NCBI RefSeq assembly: GCF_963676685.1
Contig: NC_092347.1
Span: 11,098,001-11,162,000, forward strand
Direction: 5' to 3'
DNA length: 64,000 nucleotides
From: Mytilus edulis
Lineage: Eukaryota
A program made the translations under genes and the position numbers. Below are positions 39,267-53,338 of this stretch, piece by piece. Within the stretch, counting starts at the first letter, position 1, and every line of letters starts with the position of its first letter. The notes beneath the pieces are model-generated. The model did no database searches and was not told the origin of the DNA. It was given only the letters and a program-made list of their open reading frames with translations.

Positions 39267-41584
39267 TAATAATTCAATGCAAAATGAAAATGTCATAACT
39301 TTACTCCAATCTTCATTGCAAATTTAATACTAAATATTAGAGCTAAAAAAACTCGAGGCTGTGAGTGTTAGCATGAACGATGTGTAATACTTTAATTTCC
39401 ATAAACCCCTTTCTTTCTTTTTTTTTTGTGTTGAATATTTGCATAAAGTATATCTTCTGGAAATTATATTGATACGATTAAAATTACCGATATAACGATG
39501 AGCTACTCTTTTAAATTTCGTAGTTTTCTTGTTGTATGACTACGGGCAAGTACTGCATAAATGTATTAGGAATAGAACAAATTAGACAATTTTAGGTTAG
39601 CCTTTAGGAAGGATCTTAAAAGTTGATCAACAGTGTTGCTATTAGTGGGATGACAATTTTAAATATAACAACATAAAAATCAAATTAACACACAGAATAA
39701 AAGTACTATGTATTTCAATATAACCTAAGCATACTTGCGTTTGATTTTACATAGACTTGGAGAAGAAGACAAACATTTTTTTCTTGATTTGATTAGCAAT
39801 GAAGCACTTTGTGTAACTGCATGGTGTGCACTTGATATGTGTATGTTTGTGTTTTATAAAACTCTTCAACCGATCAATGCATAAGAAGTAAAAATAGAAA
39901 GATATAACACAAACCTTATTTTCACCATTATCGATACCATAAATTCAATGTTAGAAAGACACATTATATATCCTTGTGATTTTAGTGTATTATTTAACAA
40001 AGAACAGATATACCTTCAATGCTTCAGAAAGTATGAAGTAAAAATAATTAACATTTACGTAGCTGTGAAGACCACATATATGTGACCTTTTTATCCCCGT
40101 TTGTTCTATATAGAGATATCTCCTATTTAGATACCTGATTACAATTGAAAACCGTTTGTCGACCTGTAGAAGCCATCTATACTTGTTCTGTCGTTGTGTT
40201 GATGTTTCGTCGATACCTACAACACATCTCTGTTTATTTTACGAGATAGTGAAATTATAATTAAACACTCATAATTTTGTTTTTGACTTAAAGACACTCT
40301 CTGTAAGTAATTACGTTAGGTGAGTTGAAAACTTGAGCCTTTGTAAACGGTCCTGAAAATCAAAATATCGTAGCTCATGAAATGTTACAGAGTTTGCAAG
40401 ATGTTAGTTTAGACACAAATAATAAAACAAACTATTTTGACGGCAAACAGTACAGACAAATAAAAAGATGTGAGGTATGCATCTTTTTCTCTCTTGTGTT
40501 CCTTTTGCACAAGTTTATTGTCGAACAACTCAATTAACCTCAAAAGTTATTAGAAATGCACTGTATAAATGAACATTTATGGTGATGAGACTAACAATGC
40601 ACAGGGTTTTCTCTATATATTCTTTTGCAAATTGGCAAGACAGTAGTCTATGCTACGTAATGAAATTAGCCCACATGGTTCTATTTTATTGCAAGTAGAA
40701 GAATTTATTCTCTCAATGCATCTTGTATTAACTGGTGTCTTGAAAACAATATAAATGATATATGATTGGCCTTAAGCGTCAAATGAAGACGGAATAAAAC
40801 AATATTATCAATCTGGAATCAAATTTCATACTTTCGTTTCATATCTAATCAAATCTATACAGTTGTTTTTACTTTTTCCTTCGTGAATGACAATCATTCA
40901 AGTCCCTATTGATGCTTATATTTCAGGAGAAAACTATTTGTGTTTAATGGAAATCTTCAGGGATTAACATATGATACTGTATAATTCTGCTTCACTCCTC
41001 TACAATTGCATAAATTATTGTGAAACATTCATCTTGTACGTTGAAGAAGGTTAACCAGATGCACACGAATTAACATCATAGAAAAATAGCTAAATTCTAT
41101 TTAAACAGAATATGAAAATGGACGCCTACGCATCAGCTAATGTAATCTTTTTACTCTTTAGGTTTTGAGTCTTCAAATACATGCTACAAATCCTTTTTTA
41201 CGAACGAATTGTTTTGTTGGTTCGTAAGGGTTAGCTTCAGTGTTAACACAAAATAGTGTAGCTTTTTCCCCCCTATAATAAAATCGTTTTTATTGTGACA
41301 ATTTAGTGTTTTGTATTCTTGTCTTTCATTTTTGCTAATATGCTTTGTCTTTATGCCTTTCTATGTTTTTTTGAGACATTCGTGAGCTATTTGTTTTCGC
41401 GATTTTCTGCGAGAAGAAAAAATAACACGAATATAGATAGTTGCGAAAATTATAACTTGATATCATTCCTTATTAAACTATATTAATGATTCTGCTTGTT
41501 TCTCAATATGGTATATACAGGATCAATAATTATATACGGATCTAGAGCAAGCAAATCTCGAACCCCATGTTGAATTTACTTACT

Positions 41585-42226
41585 GGGTTAGGGTTAGAGT
41601 TAGGGTGGGGTTAGTGGGGTTAGGGTGGGGTTAGTGGGTTAAGGTAAGAGTTAGGATGGGGTTAGTGGGGTTAGGGTTAGAGTTAGGGTGGGGTTAGTGG
41701 GGTTAGGGTTAGAGTTAGGTTGGGGTTATTGGAGTTAGTGTTAGAGTTAGGGTGGGGTTAGTGGGGTTAGGGTTAGAGTTAGGTTGGGGTTAGTGGGGTT
41801 AGGGTTAGAGTTAGGGTGGGGTTAGTGGGGTTGGGGTTAGAGTTAGGGAGGGGTTAGTGGGGTTAGGGTTAGAGTTAGGGTGGGGTTAGAGTTAGGGTGG
41901 GGTAAGTGGGGTTAGGGTTAGAGTTAGGGTGGGGTTAGTGGGGTTAGGGTTAGAGTTAGGGTTAGGGTTAGAGTTAGGGTAAGGGTTAGAGTTAGGTTTA
42001 GGGTTAGTGGGGTTAGGGTTAGAGTTAGGGTTAGGGAGGGGTTAGTGGGGTTAGGGTTAGAGTTAGGGTGGGGTTAGTGGGGTTAGGGTTAGAGTTAGGG
42101 TGGGGTTAGGGTTAGATTTAGGGTTAGGGTTAGAATTAGGGGTAGGGTTAGAGTTAGGGTGGGGTTAGAGTTAGGGTGGGGTTAGAGTTAGGGTGGGGTT
42201 AGAGTTAGGGTGGGATTAGTGGGGTT
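41585..42226 (+). repeat. Interstitial telomere-like G-rich array
   Basis: Mixture of TTAGGG, TTAGAG, TGGGG and TTAG; recurring 32-bp unit TTAGGGTTAGAGTTAGGGTGGGGTTAGTGGGG. Confidence 0.95.
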
Positions 42227-42659
42227 TGATATTGATTTATGTCACCTTGTAACAAATTCATTTTACCAATTATCTAATTCTGATAACTTTGGACAATGTG
42301 TTGTATTTTGAAAACAAAACAGTGTTAACTACTGCCTACCGCGTATACGTATTAACGATAAACCACTCACACTGACCTTATATAATGCTACTAAAGAGGG
42401 GTTTTTTTAACAAATGACATTCATATAATAGAAGAAAAAGTAAAATAACAAATGTTGCATAATTTATGGAAAATTTAATACGGAAAGTCCTTTATTTTAA
42501 GTAGCATTGTTCAAAACAAGTACTGTAATATATTTGAAACTAATAATCAATGAAAACATGTCTGATAGCACTCGAAGCGAGGCACGAAAATGTCAATTTT
42601 CCACTGCAATGCTTCGCAATGCTACTAATATTCAAGGACAATGAACGATTATTGCTGTT

Positions 42660-42900
42660 TTATTTCCTGTTACAAAACTTTGATTTTTTCGAAAAACTAA
42701 GGATTATCCCAGGAATAGATTACCTTAGCCGTATTTTGCACATTATTTTTGGAATTTTGGGTCCTCAATGCTCTTAAACATTGTACTTGTTTGTTTTTAT
42801 AACTATTTTGATCTGAACGTCACTGATGAGTCTTATGTAGAAGAAACGCGCGTCTGGTGTATTAAATTATAATCCTGATACATTTGATAACTATTTACAT
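42660..42900 (+). mobile_element. Retrozyme-like repeat with a damaged type I hammerhead (42817-42860)
   Basis: ACGTCA-CTGATGA-GTC ttatgta GAA-GAAAC GCGC GTC-TGGTGT; first stem II pair broken; flanks homologous to 44497-44678 and 53730-54090. Confidence 0.8.
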
Positions 42901-43640
42901 GTATTCATATCAGTCAAATACAAACGTTGAAGGTACATGAATCTCTGCACGCTGGCTGTACATCTATCAAAAATCATATGATTCAAAGATCATATTAATA
43001 ACTACATGTAAGTGCCACAGTGTGAAAGCTTTGTAATAAACAATATCGCCTGTTACACAATTTTTTTATTCGTTAAACAATTCTTAAATATTGGTTAATG
43101 GTTGATGCTTTGTACTGAGAAGACAATTTTTATTTCTTTTTGTAGAAAGACTGAACATTTCGGATGACACAAGTTCCGTCAGATTTCTGTGTATGTATGC
43201 GTGGGAATGTATGTACAGTGAAATGCCTAGTAGCGACAAGAGCAGTTAAAATACACTTGTTTATACTGCTCAATTGAAGAACTACTATGGCCACTCACAT
43301 CAATATATTTAGAATAAAGGCGAAATTAATTTACCGGTGTTCAAGTCTCGTGAACCGATTATGAAGAGACAAATCAAAGTAACAAACAGAAACTGATGAA
43401 TTTCAATAGTAGCAAAAACAGGTGCAAAAACAGGTGCGTTGGTGGAATCTCTTGTTATGCATCACTCCTATATGTACGAATTCAAGCTCAGTTAACATGT
43501 CACAATCGGAATTGGAATCAATTGGTAAATTATAGAAATTATTAAATGTAAGCGCTCATTTAAATCTTGGAAATAGAGTGACAAGTCTAACAGTAGTTGT
43601 GCACTATTTGAAAACAACTGCCTGCTAAAATATCAATCCA

Positions 43641-43720
43641 TATAAAAAAGAAGATGTGGTATGATTGCCAATGAGACAACTATCCACAAAAGACCAAAAT
43701 GACACAGACATTAACAATGT
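43641..43720 (+). repeat. Interspersed repeat end AAGAAGATGTGGTATGATTGCCAATGAGACAACT (also ~62717 +; ~23100, ~45070, ~52650 -)
   Basis: Same motif recurs at five or more loci on both strands; class not established. Confidence 0.7.
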
Positions 43721-44597
43721 TGATCGATATCTTTCTTCTTCATTGTAGTTGTTGTGGGAATCAGTGCACGTGTTTTTTGTTTTCGAAAAGTAAGATCTTT
43801 AATAAACAGTTGAACCTACTTTTTTTGTAGAAAAAGCTCTGTTAATTGGATGATGAAGATAACTTTTGAAATGTTTAAATACGTAGAACAGTTAGGATCT
43901 AAATGACATTCTTATTTTGCAATGATGCAATTTGTATAAATTCTGTTCAATATTACAAGAATCTTCAATGAACAGTCTTTACTTTGATGAAGTCAATGAA
44001 ACTTCCAATGAAACTTCCAGTTCATCTTCATATACACATTAAACTTGACATTTAATATCCTTTCAGTTCTATTGTTTTTTTAATTTCCGATGTTTCTCCA
44101 TTTTAATCTTTTTACGTATACCTGACCTATGTTATTTTTTATTTTCTCGTCTGTAAAAATGATTATTTGTATTTTAAAGTGTGCACCACATTTTTGATGT
44201 TATTTCTAATAGACAGAAAAAAATATTACAGTCATCCATTTTAATTTAATTTAAAATTCCATGTTAAGCATATGTAAATCATGAAAAAATATTGATGACG
44301 TCATGGTCACATGACAAAATTATGTCTATAAGCTGCTTGACAAAACACTGACAGCCAATCAGAAGACGCGTTACATTCAAAATTAAATTATTCCTTTATA
44401 CATAATGCATATCAAAGAACTTCTATAAACAAACCCTTTCATAATGGTGTCCCTCAACACTCTTCAAATTTGAATTCTTTTTATTCAAGCGTCACTTAAA
44501 GATTACTTTAGCCGTATTTGGCACAACTTTTTGAAATTTTGGGTCCTCAATGCTCTTCAACTTTGTACTTGTTTAGCTTTATAATTATTTTGATCTG

Positions 44598-44643
44598 TGC
44601 GTAACTGATGAGTCTTATGTAGACGAAACGCGCGTCTGGCGTA
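44598..44643 (+). ncRNA. Minimal type I hammerhead ribozyme within a retrozyme-like repeat (44497-44678)
   Basis: CUGAUGA (44605-44611), stem II GUC/GAC, GAAAC-GCGC-GUC with predicted cleavage after 44636; stem I UGCGUAA/UGGCGUA has one mismatch. Confidence 0.85.
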
Positions 44644-47600
44644 TCAAATTATAATCCTGGTACCTTTGATAATTATATATGAGCCTTTTGTAGATGAAAC
44701 GCTCCCAGCCTGTGGTACAAATTGTTAAGACTTCTGTCTTTGATGAGTATTGAATGTGCATCTTCGGAGGCAACTCCTAATGTACGTGATGATTCATTAT
44801 TATTCGTTTAATACAGATTGTCATGGGTTGCGTTCGTACAGTTGAACCATGAATATGATGCTCAGTAGTTGTCGTTTGTTGATGTCGTTCAAAAGAGTTT
44901 CCCGTTTCTAGTTTTTTTTATATAGATTAGACCGTAAATTTTCCAGTTTGAATGTTTTTATACTAGTAATGTTTGGGCCCTTTATATCTTACTGTTCGGT
45001 GTGAGGCATAGTTCCGTGATGAAGACAGTACTTTGACATATAATGGTATACTCTTATAAATTGGGACTTGGCTGGAGAGTTGTCTCATTGGCACTCATAC
45101 CAGATCTTCTTATATCTATTTAAATGTTCAACGAATGACAAATTTTCTATATGCCTTGTATGCAGGGACTGATAAAACCACGAAATATGATAGCCACGAA
45201 AATAAAAGTTTTCACGAATCCACGAAAAATGATACCCACGAAAATTAAAGAAACAACAGTATATCTCTTTAATAAATTCAATAAATATCTGTAGCTACAA
45301 AACTGTCACCATATTTTGAAATTATAGTTATTTCGTGCAGATATTTATTACATTTTGCAACCAATTATCTTAGATGTAATCAATTCAGACATGAATTCTC
45401 CCGTAACATTAGTCCCTTTCTCGATTAACATCTCAGTAACTTCTTCTTGGTGTCATGATTGTCATAGAACTTTTATACATCATTATTTACAAGTTTTAAC
45501 TAATGGTTTACTTCAGATTGATAAACATGTGTTATTGAGAAAACATGAAAATATCTATTAGATGTATACCAACACTTTAATCGGAGGACATACCATGTAA
45601 TTGCATGGAAAAATAAAAAAAATAAAAATATTCAACAAACCAGTATAGAGAAAACAAAGACTGAACAAGACAAACATTAAGAAAACATCGGGATTCAACT
45701 CATTTAATCCAAAACGTCAGTAATGTCTTTTATTTTATTGGCACATTTTACTCTCATTACATATAGACATTCAATGATCAATGTTTTCTTAATGAAAAGA
45801 TGTCAACGAGGAAGTATTTCAAAGTTATAACGAAGATAAATGTACTTAACCGTGGTCATGTATGACACATATATTCCGTGAAAGTCACCCAAGTGATTCA
45901 GCTGTTCCATAGATTACTATAACCTTTGTCATAACGAACCCTTAGTCGAGCAACTTCCTCGTAAACAGTAACTAATTAGAAACCAATTCTAATCTTTTCG
46001 ACTTGGAAGTATATAAAACATAGTTAGGTACTTCTGTAAAAGAAAGACGAAGGTAACCAATGTAGTATTCAAACTCACAAGTCGAAAACAAATTGACAAA
46101 GTCTCGTTAAAAAAACAAATAAACGCCCAAAAGGTCAAACAACAGTACAAAAAATTCAGCATGTAGTAGTGATACATTAAGAACATATTATATCATATCG
46201 CCATGGTGGTCTAATTACTTAAACATTGCTGACTGCTATTATTGTAATAACCATTAAAACTATGAAATTTGGCGTTTACTGACCGCTCTTACAATATAAA
46301 CCTCGTGGAACTCTGGTCTTTTCAACATCTTGTGGTTAAAAAACATTGTACGAGTTATAATATTCTATATTTTATATTTATTATGACAGATTATAATATT
46401 TCAGTCTTCAATACATTTTGATCTCAACTTTAACTGCAAAATATGAACATAAACCGGTAAAATAAAGGCAACAAAAGTATACTGCTGTTCAAAAGTCATA
46501 AATCGAATGTGAGAATACATATCCAGGTTACAATCTGAAACCGACAGAAAAAACATCCACTCTAAAACGGAAAACAACAACACAACAAAAACATTGAAGT
46601 GCAACACAAAGCAACGCCAACATACATGTATATGTAAGAACTTTTTAATTACAACTACCATATTCCTGACTTGATACATGACATTTTAAGAAAACATTTA
46701 ATGTACGTAACAATATATGAAGGTTGATCACCGATTATACATCGTCACATATACATGAATAGAGCAAGTTTTCGTGATATGAAAGATGATATTTGTGAGT
46801 CATGTTTTCTAAAATATGGCTTCCTTCAGGGAATGAAATTGACATAAAATCACAATCCAATAAATGCAATAATAATATACCGCTGTTCGACAACAAACTT
46901 AATAGACAACTAAACAGACAACAAAGTTTGATAAATCTAGTCTGATTCAAACTAATTCAGGAAAGACAACGTTACATACCCTCACACGCACGCACACAAT
47001 AACAAGAAAAATCAGCGTTGACAAAAGATTATAAATTTTATTGAACACGATAAAACTAAAACTAAAACACCAAAACAAAAGGCTTACGCTTAATATGTCA
47101 ATAAAAGAAACAAAGCTAAACCTTAAAACCAAAACTATAAAATAAGATAAAACCAAACAGCAAAGCAAACTATATCTGCTGCTATAACACAATAACAGTT
47201 TATGCCAACTGTCTGGATTCGATCAATAAAAACTCTGTTATTTAAACAATACATCACCATCATTTATTTGGCGTTAAACTGTCATAATTTACGTTTCAAT
47301 AACAGTTTTTACCATAAGATGAATAATAATTTGCATTTGTTGTCTAAATATTATGTAATGCCGATAACTTCTGAAAAGTACTTTTAGTTTTTGTTTCATT
47401 ATAGTAATTAGAACTACGATGTAGGCGACAGACATTTCGAGATAACTATTATGTTTATTTAAAAGTGCATTATAAACATATTTTTTATACAATGCAGAGA
47501 AATCTGATTTGCAATGTTAACAGGAATTGGCCTTTTTTTCTCTTAAATAATTTTGTTTCTATAAACAATTTTGCTTCCATAAACATTTGTATCGGAATTA

Positions 47601-48199
47601 ACAAAAAAAAAAAGAAAACAATTAAGGACAGTGACACTGTATTTAAAATTAGTCTTATTAGTTTTATATGTTTACTTGAAAAAAACAAAATACAAATCGT
47701 TACACACATCAAGACCAACAGAAGGAAACAAACGTGTACAAAACGATATACATCAGATTTTGTATTGATAAGACGAATGTTCACGTTGGGATTTTATGCA
47801 ATTGGCGGATACAAATATTAACGATATAAAATTTAAATAATAATTGAAATCAGGTAACTGGTCCAAATAATAAATTTTGATTTTCTGCACTTGACCATCA
47901 TATAATATTTGCATGACAAAATCGAATGTATCGATATCGCAGTACTGCTCACCACTGTTGAAAACAGCGACCCCAAAATATAAAAGGAAAAAATGATAAT
48001 TAACCGAATATATGTATGTTAACAATTACCGGCAAATCAGTTCTAACAATCTAGAGTTATAATATTGCAAAATCGTCCAATGGTGCTGTTGTTTTGGATA
48101 GACAATTTTTAAAAGGCAAAAGCTAATTATATTTATATTGAAAGACATTTCAACTTTAGAATCACCTGCGTTTCAAAGATGAAGGCGGACAATGTTAAC

Positions 48200-48665
48200 T
48201 TGTTAAATAAGAATTTTCAACTTTCTATTACGTAACTCTCAAAATAACTATTGGAATTAAAAACTAGAAGAAATAATACAATTATTGTTAGCTGTTAACA
48301 TTTTAAAAGGTGGGCCTTAAGCAATCTATAAATGAATATAATATATTTATATATATTTGCCCCTAAGATGTTGATATCGGCATCTACACAATGTAATGTC
48401 TTAGACTGCAGATTTTCCCACATTTCATTTTATTTTCATCTAAAACAATTTTGATTAACAACGGTCCATACTCCTATTATGTGGTCACCTGATGACCTTT
48501 GAAAATGCAGCAAAAGTGCATGTCAATAAACGATGTTGTTAAATAGATCTGATCTTTTCGTCGCCTACTTGTTGTAATATAACAAGTATCTAATTGTTTG
48601 ATTCTGATTAGTTACATCTTTGCGTGAGCAAAGTGTCATGGCTATTGTAAATGGGTTAAGTATGT
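48200..48665. repeat. Old triplicated non-coding block (homologues ~54140-54590 and ~58895-59165)
   Basis: Shared core GTCACCTGATGACCTTTGAAAATGCAGCAAAAGTGCATGTC..GATCTGAT..GTCGCCTACT..TTTGCGTG. Confidence 0.85.
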
Positions 48666-49807
48666 TGAAGACAAAAAACATATTGCCTGAATATACATTA
48701 TAGAATTTGATTTTCAAATATGAGAATTTGATTCAACATGTCGAACAGGTATTGTGTTTGCAGCATTTAAAAAAACCTACACGCTACTGGATGAACCCAC
48801 TTCATACCTTTGTAACAATGGTGAATTTACACGTCATCCGCTGAATTCATTATTCCAATACTTTACACCCCCAATACAAAAACAATATCCATTCAAAGCC
48901 ACTGTTTTTTCTACACAGAAAGAATGAATGGTGATTTTGTGTATATACTATATATAATTGAATGCCTTGTTTGGCCAGTTTATCTTTTCAACTATCGATA
49001 GACCATGTGGCTGAAAATACTTTCGTACCCTATGTGAACACAGTGTTGATTTTTTGTAATCTATTCATGCTATTGATGCGCGATACACATGTATACAATT
49101 GAAAATGGAAATGAGGAAGATGTAAAAAGAATAACAGAGAGTCAATATTGAGATTAACTATTAGTTACGACATGTCCATTGTTGATTTGAAAGCAAAACA
49201 TAGCCAATGAATAAAACAGTTTTGCTATCGGTTTGCCAATGGTGTGGTTAAGAATATAAGGATAACACACATTTTTTTTTCTAGTAGGTTTTGATGTCTT
49301 AGCTTGGTCGTTTACTCAAAGCCTTTGAAAAAAGAATATTCAAACTAAAAAGAAACAAACTTAACAGTCAAAATATAAAAATATGGAGATATGGTTTGAT
49401 TGCCAGATGTATTTAACTCATACCAAATAGTCAAAAGGTAAAAAGTAAAATAACAAACATACAAAACTAAGAGGAAAATTCAATACGGAAAGTATAAACT
49501 TTAACGCAACAACCGAATTGACAACAACTGTCATATTCCTGTCTTGGTAATGCATTTTTTTGCTGAAGAAAATGGTGGATTAACCCTGTTTTTTAGCTCG
49601 CTAAACCTATAACTTGCATGACAGTCGCATAAAATTCCATTATATGAACAACAAAAGGTGAACAACAGTTACTCCTGGTTTCAACACTTCCTCAACAATA
49701 AGGAAACCCATATAGAAAACCATAAATAGTCTCCAGATAACAAAATGGGAAACAATTTATAAAGTGACATTCGGTGACAACTAACATTCGGATTTAAGTT
49801 ACTAACA

Positions 49808-50262
49808 TGGTACGTTAAATACCAAAATTTATGACAAACGCGATGATTTTAATTTTCCTATGGTCAACTTTCCATTTCTGTGTAGAAACATCCACGCGGC
49901 ACCAGCATATAGAGAATATGTGTCTCAATTGATACGTTACTCTAGAGCTAGCTCGAAGAACGTTGATTTTGTTGAACTAGGAATACTGCTTTCTCAAAAG
50001 TTGCTAAAACAGGGCTATGTGTCAATCAATTTAAGGTCATCACTCAAGATATTCTACGGTCGCCATCATGAACTAATTGGCCATTATGCAAAAAGTGTGT
50101 CAGAAATCATATCTGATATTTTCCTCAGTCATAATAACCTTCCACTTTTACCGAATTGACCAATGAAATAACACGACGGGTGCCGTATACAGTGCAGGAA
50201 ATGTTTCCCCTTCCGGAGCAAATCTGATTTCACTCCCGGTTTGTAGTGGAGTTCGTGTTGCT
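49808..50262 (+). mobile_element. 3' part of a Penelope-like retroelement with a structured 3' motif
   Basis: KIYDKRDDFNFPMVNFPFLCRNIHAAPAYREYVSQLIRYSRA..KQGY..FYGRHHEL, then nested stems AACACGA/TCGTGTT and ACTCC/GGAGT. Confidence 0.85.
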
Positions 50263-51721
50263 TCTCATTTATTATTTGTAACTGTCGATGTAAATGTCTT
50301 TTGGTTTTATGAGTCTTTGTTTACTCCTTGGTTTTGATTCTTATTGTCATTTAACCGAAAATGTTGAGGACAGACGGCTACAATATGTAGCTTTACCGTC
50401 TCATAACTGTATTGAGGGGCTTTCGAATTTTAGAGTTACCATATTTTTTATGTATAACGTTTGATTTATTTTACCAATGATGATACATTAAAAATATTAA
50501 ATTGTTTGCGACTCTTATGTAGTAAGTAATTAGATGTTCAGTATTGTTTAAATTTAGTTCATGAAAACACTCGTGATTATTAATAATGGGAACTTCCTGT
50601 AGTGTTTTGAATCATCACGTTTCTTTCTCTCAGTGATTAATATTACTAAACAAAATTCGAATGAAATCCGTAGTGAAAACCTACCAGAGGTTATTAAAAT
50701 ATTTATCTGACAGACAATTGGTCATTGACATATACTTTGATAATTGTATATAGCCTTGGTCGTAGTCTCAATGTCAAGTCGATTTGAATTAGCATCTTCT
50801 CCGATTTTTCGCCCACTCAATTGGATACTTGAAGTCGGTAAATAAGAAACTGATATTTGAAAAACAACATGAAATTCAAATATTTTTTTAAAACTGAAAG
50901 TTATGAGGTTGCTGGTTTTTTTTATAGATTGACCAAGGAAAAACTGACAGAAGTTAAAAACGAAATTAGAAAACATCAAACATAAGAAAAACATACTATT
51001 CACTAAATAAAAGCTAAATGAAACATTTAAACAAATATACCAAACTCCCATAAAAATACGGCGAAGATACTAGTTACATTTTGTTAAAGCATCAATTGTC
51101 ATCTCTGTCCAAGTGACAGATTATTGTGTTTGGGGGTGGGGGGAGGTGGGGGGAGGTCTCCAAAATAAGCAATAATTTCACCGCAAAGATAAAGGCGAGT
51201 AAACCGTTTTAGGTTTAGGCGTGTTTGAGTTAACTATTATGTCTTGAAAAAGTATAAAAGAAACATATTTGATACATCATCTTGCTTCGATTTCTATCGT
51301 GTTTTTTTTTTTAAATATTTAAGGTTGTAGATTGATACAATACCAATAGAAGTAAAACATGAAATTTTTGGGTCGGGTGAAATACCTTTTCATTAAGTTA
51401 TAACTCAAAGTAGGTGTGTTCGAAAAATATTTTTTCACTAAAAGTACTTGACGTCAATATTTTCGTTTTTTTTTCTCAATGTACAATTATTAATTTTGTG
51501 AAAAATGTGTTCTAACTCCATGACAGTATACCTCAAAACAACGTTATTTTCATTTATTTGTGAACGATATTTTATTTTGCGGCTTTTTCGTCAAGGTAAT
51601 GGTTGTATTTTTGATATTGCTTAACGAGTAACCCCTTATTCTATTGATTTTGAATTTACATTGTCATAGATCTTTCAGTGTATCTTCACTTGTTTTTGTT
51701 AATATGTGTTTTGGTTGGGTT

Positions 51722-52312
51722 AGGGTGGTATGGGAGTTTAAAATAAAAATGATAGAATTTTGTCATACTTTGCCAAAACGTAACATCTACTGATAAATGT
51801 TCAAAAATATAATAAAAATGATAGGTCACCGCGCATTTTCTCAGGCTACAGATTGTGACAAAATGACACATTTTGTATTGATTGTACAGGAAAAAACAAC
51901 ATTTTGTGATTAAAAACTAAACAAAATGATAGAATTGTAAAATAAATTAAAAAAAGATAGTTTTCAAACTATTATTTGAGAATATCGAATGAAATGGCAT
52001 CGTACGTTTTCTCCGGCTAAAATACAAAATAGGAAAATTCCATGTAGATTCTTTCAAAAAATGCACTTTTTTAGAGTTACCTCTCTTTAGAATGCCAATT
52101 TAAAAACATTTAAAAACAACCCAAAATAATTTACACTTGTAAAAATATTAATATGTATAAGTTATATTCTTATAAATAGGTTCTTTTAAAAGAAAATTCT
52201 AATTGAATATCTGCAATCCTGCATCAAATTTTGCTAACTTGATAGAAAATCTGGACCTTACGTTTTCTGGTTTTTACAATCCAAGATGACGGAAGTCACC
52301 CAATCCACATTA
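51722..52312. mobile_element. Probable MITE
   Basis: Degenerate TIRs AGGGTGGTATGGG / CCCAATCCACATT; non-coding. Confidence 0.4.
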
Positions 52313-53294
52313 AGCCATTTCAATTGATATTTCATAGTGTGCCTTTCTATGTTGTGATGTTACACTACTGTTTCGTGTTAGGGTGAGGGTTAGTTCCTAA
52401 TAAAACGTTTAAACCCACTGCATTTCGTTTGCACTTGATGTTCAGTGCACGTATTTGTCGTTTGTTTATGTGTTTAACAAGTGTGGCTTGTTTTTATATA
52501 GATAATACTGCTTGTTTTCCTGTTTGAATGGTTTTACACTAGTAATATTTGGTGAATTTATGTCCTGATTGCATTTGTGAGCCTATGCTCCGTGTTGAAG
52601 ACCGTACTTTTAACCCCTAATTGTTTAATTTCACCTTTTGTAACTTGAATGGAGAGTTGCGTCATTGGCACTCAAACCACATTTCTTATATCTATTGTTG
52701 AGAAATAGCAATATTACTTTTGAAATTTCGAAATTTGTCTTGGTTTACCTTTTCAAAAATCGCGTTAACCGAAGTATTTGAATAATAGAGTAGTACAATT
52801 ATTTCACAACGTAAGGAACTAATAAAGAGAATTGATAAACACTTTTTTTTTATCTTGAAGATTTATTGAGGTCTTTGACAGTTGTGTATCTTTTTTTAAT
52901 TTTAGTTTAGTTATATGTTTTGGAGTTTAGTATGACGTCCATTTTATTGGACTAGTACACGTTTTGATTTAGGGGCAAGGTGAGTCCCAACTCCTTGTAT
53001 TGGATTTTCTCGCCACGTTGTAGACCCATTGATGGCCTTCAGCTGTTATCTGCTCTTTGGTCGGCTTGTTGTCTCGTTGACATTATCCCAATTACTATTC
53101 TCAATTTTTTCTATTAAATTTTATCAATGTAGTACAATAACTCAAATTTGCAATAATTTTGTAGACTTTTGTAATTTTACACTAAATTTTAAGACACAAA
53201 GCACCCCTTACATCTTATATCTATTGTTGAACCTTTTGGATTATAGCTCTTCATCTTTTATATAAGCTTTGAATTTCAAATATTTTGGCCGCGA

Positions 53295-53338
53295 GCATCA
53301 CTGAAGAGACATGTATTGTCGAAATGCGCATCTGGTGC
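53295..53338 (+). ncRNA. Intact minimal type I hammerhead ribozyme (second family)
   Basis: GCAUCA-CUGAAGA-GAC auguauu GUC-GAAAU GCGC AUC-UGGUGC: 6-bp stem I, 3-bp stem II, palindromic stem III; predicted cleavage after C53332. Confidence 0.88.

Noticed and set aside
43146-43190. Possible internal exon (tgtag...GTATGT)
   Set aside because: Splice-like signals only; no recognisable product or partner exons.
45350-45455. Ankyrin-like peptide HQEEVTEMLIEKGTNV on the minus strand
   Set aside because: Single short match bounded by stops, with no supporting exons.
48489-48553. C/D box snoRNA (TGATGA...CTGA) in the triplicated module
   Set aside because: C box is mutated in the 54.4-kb copy, the would-be guide differs among copies, and there is no terminal stem.
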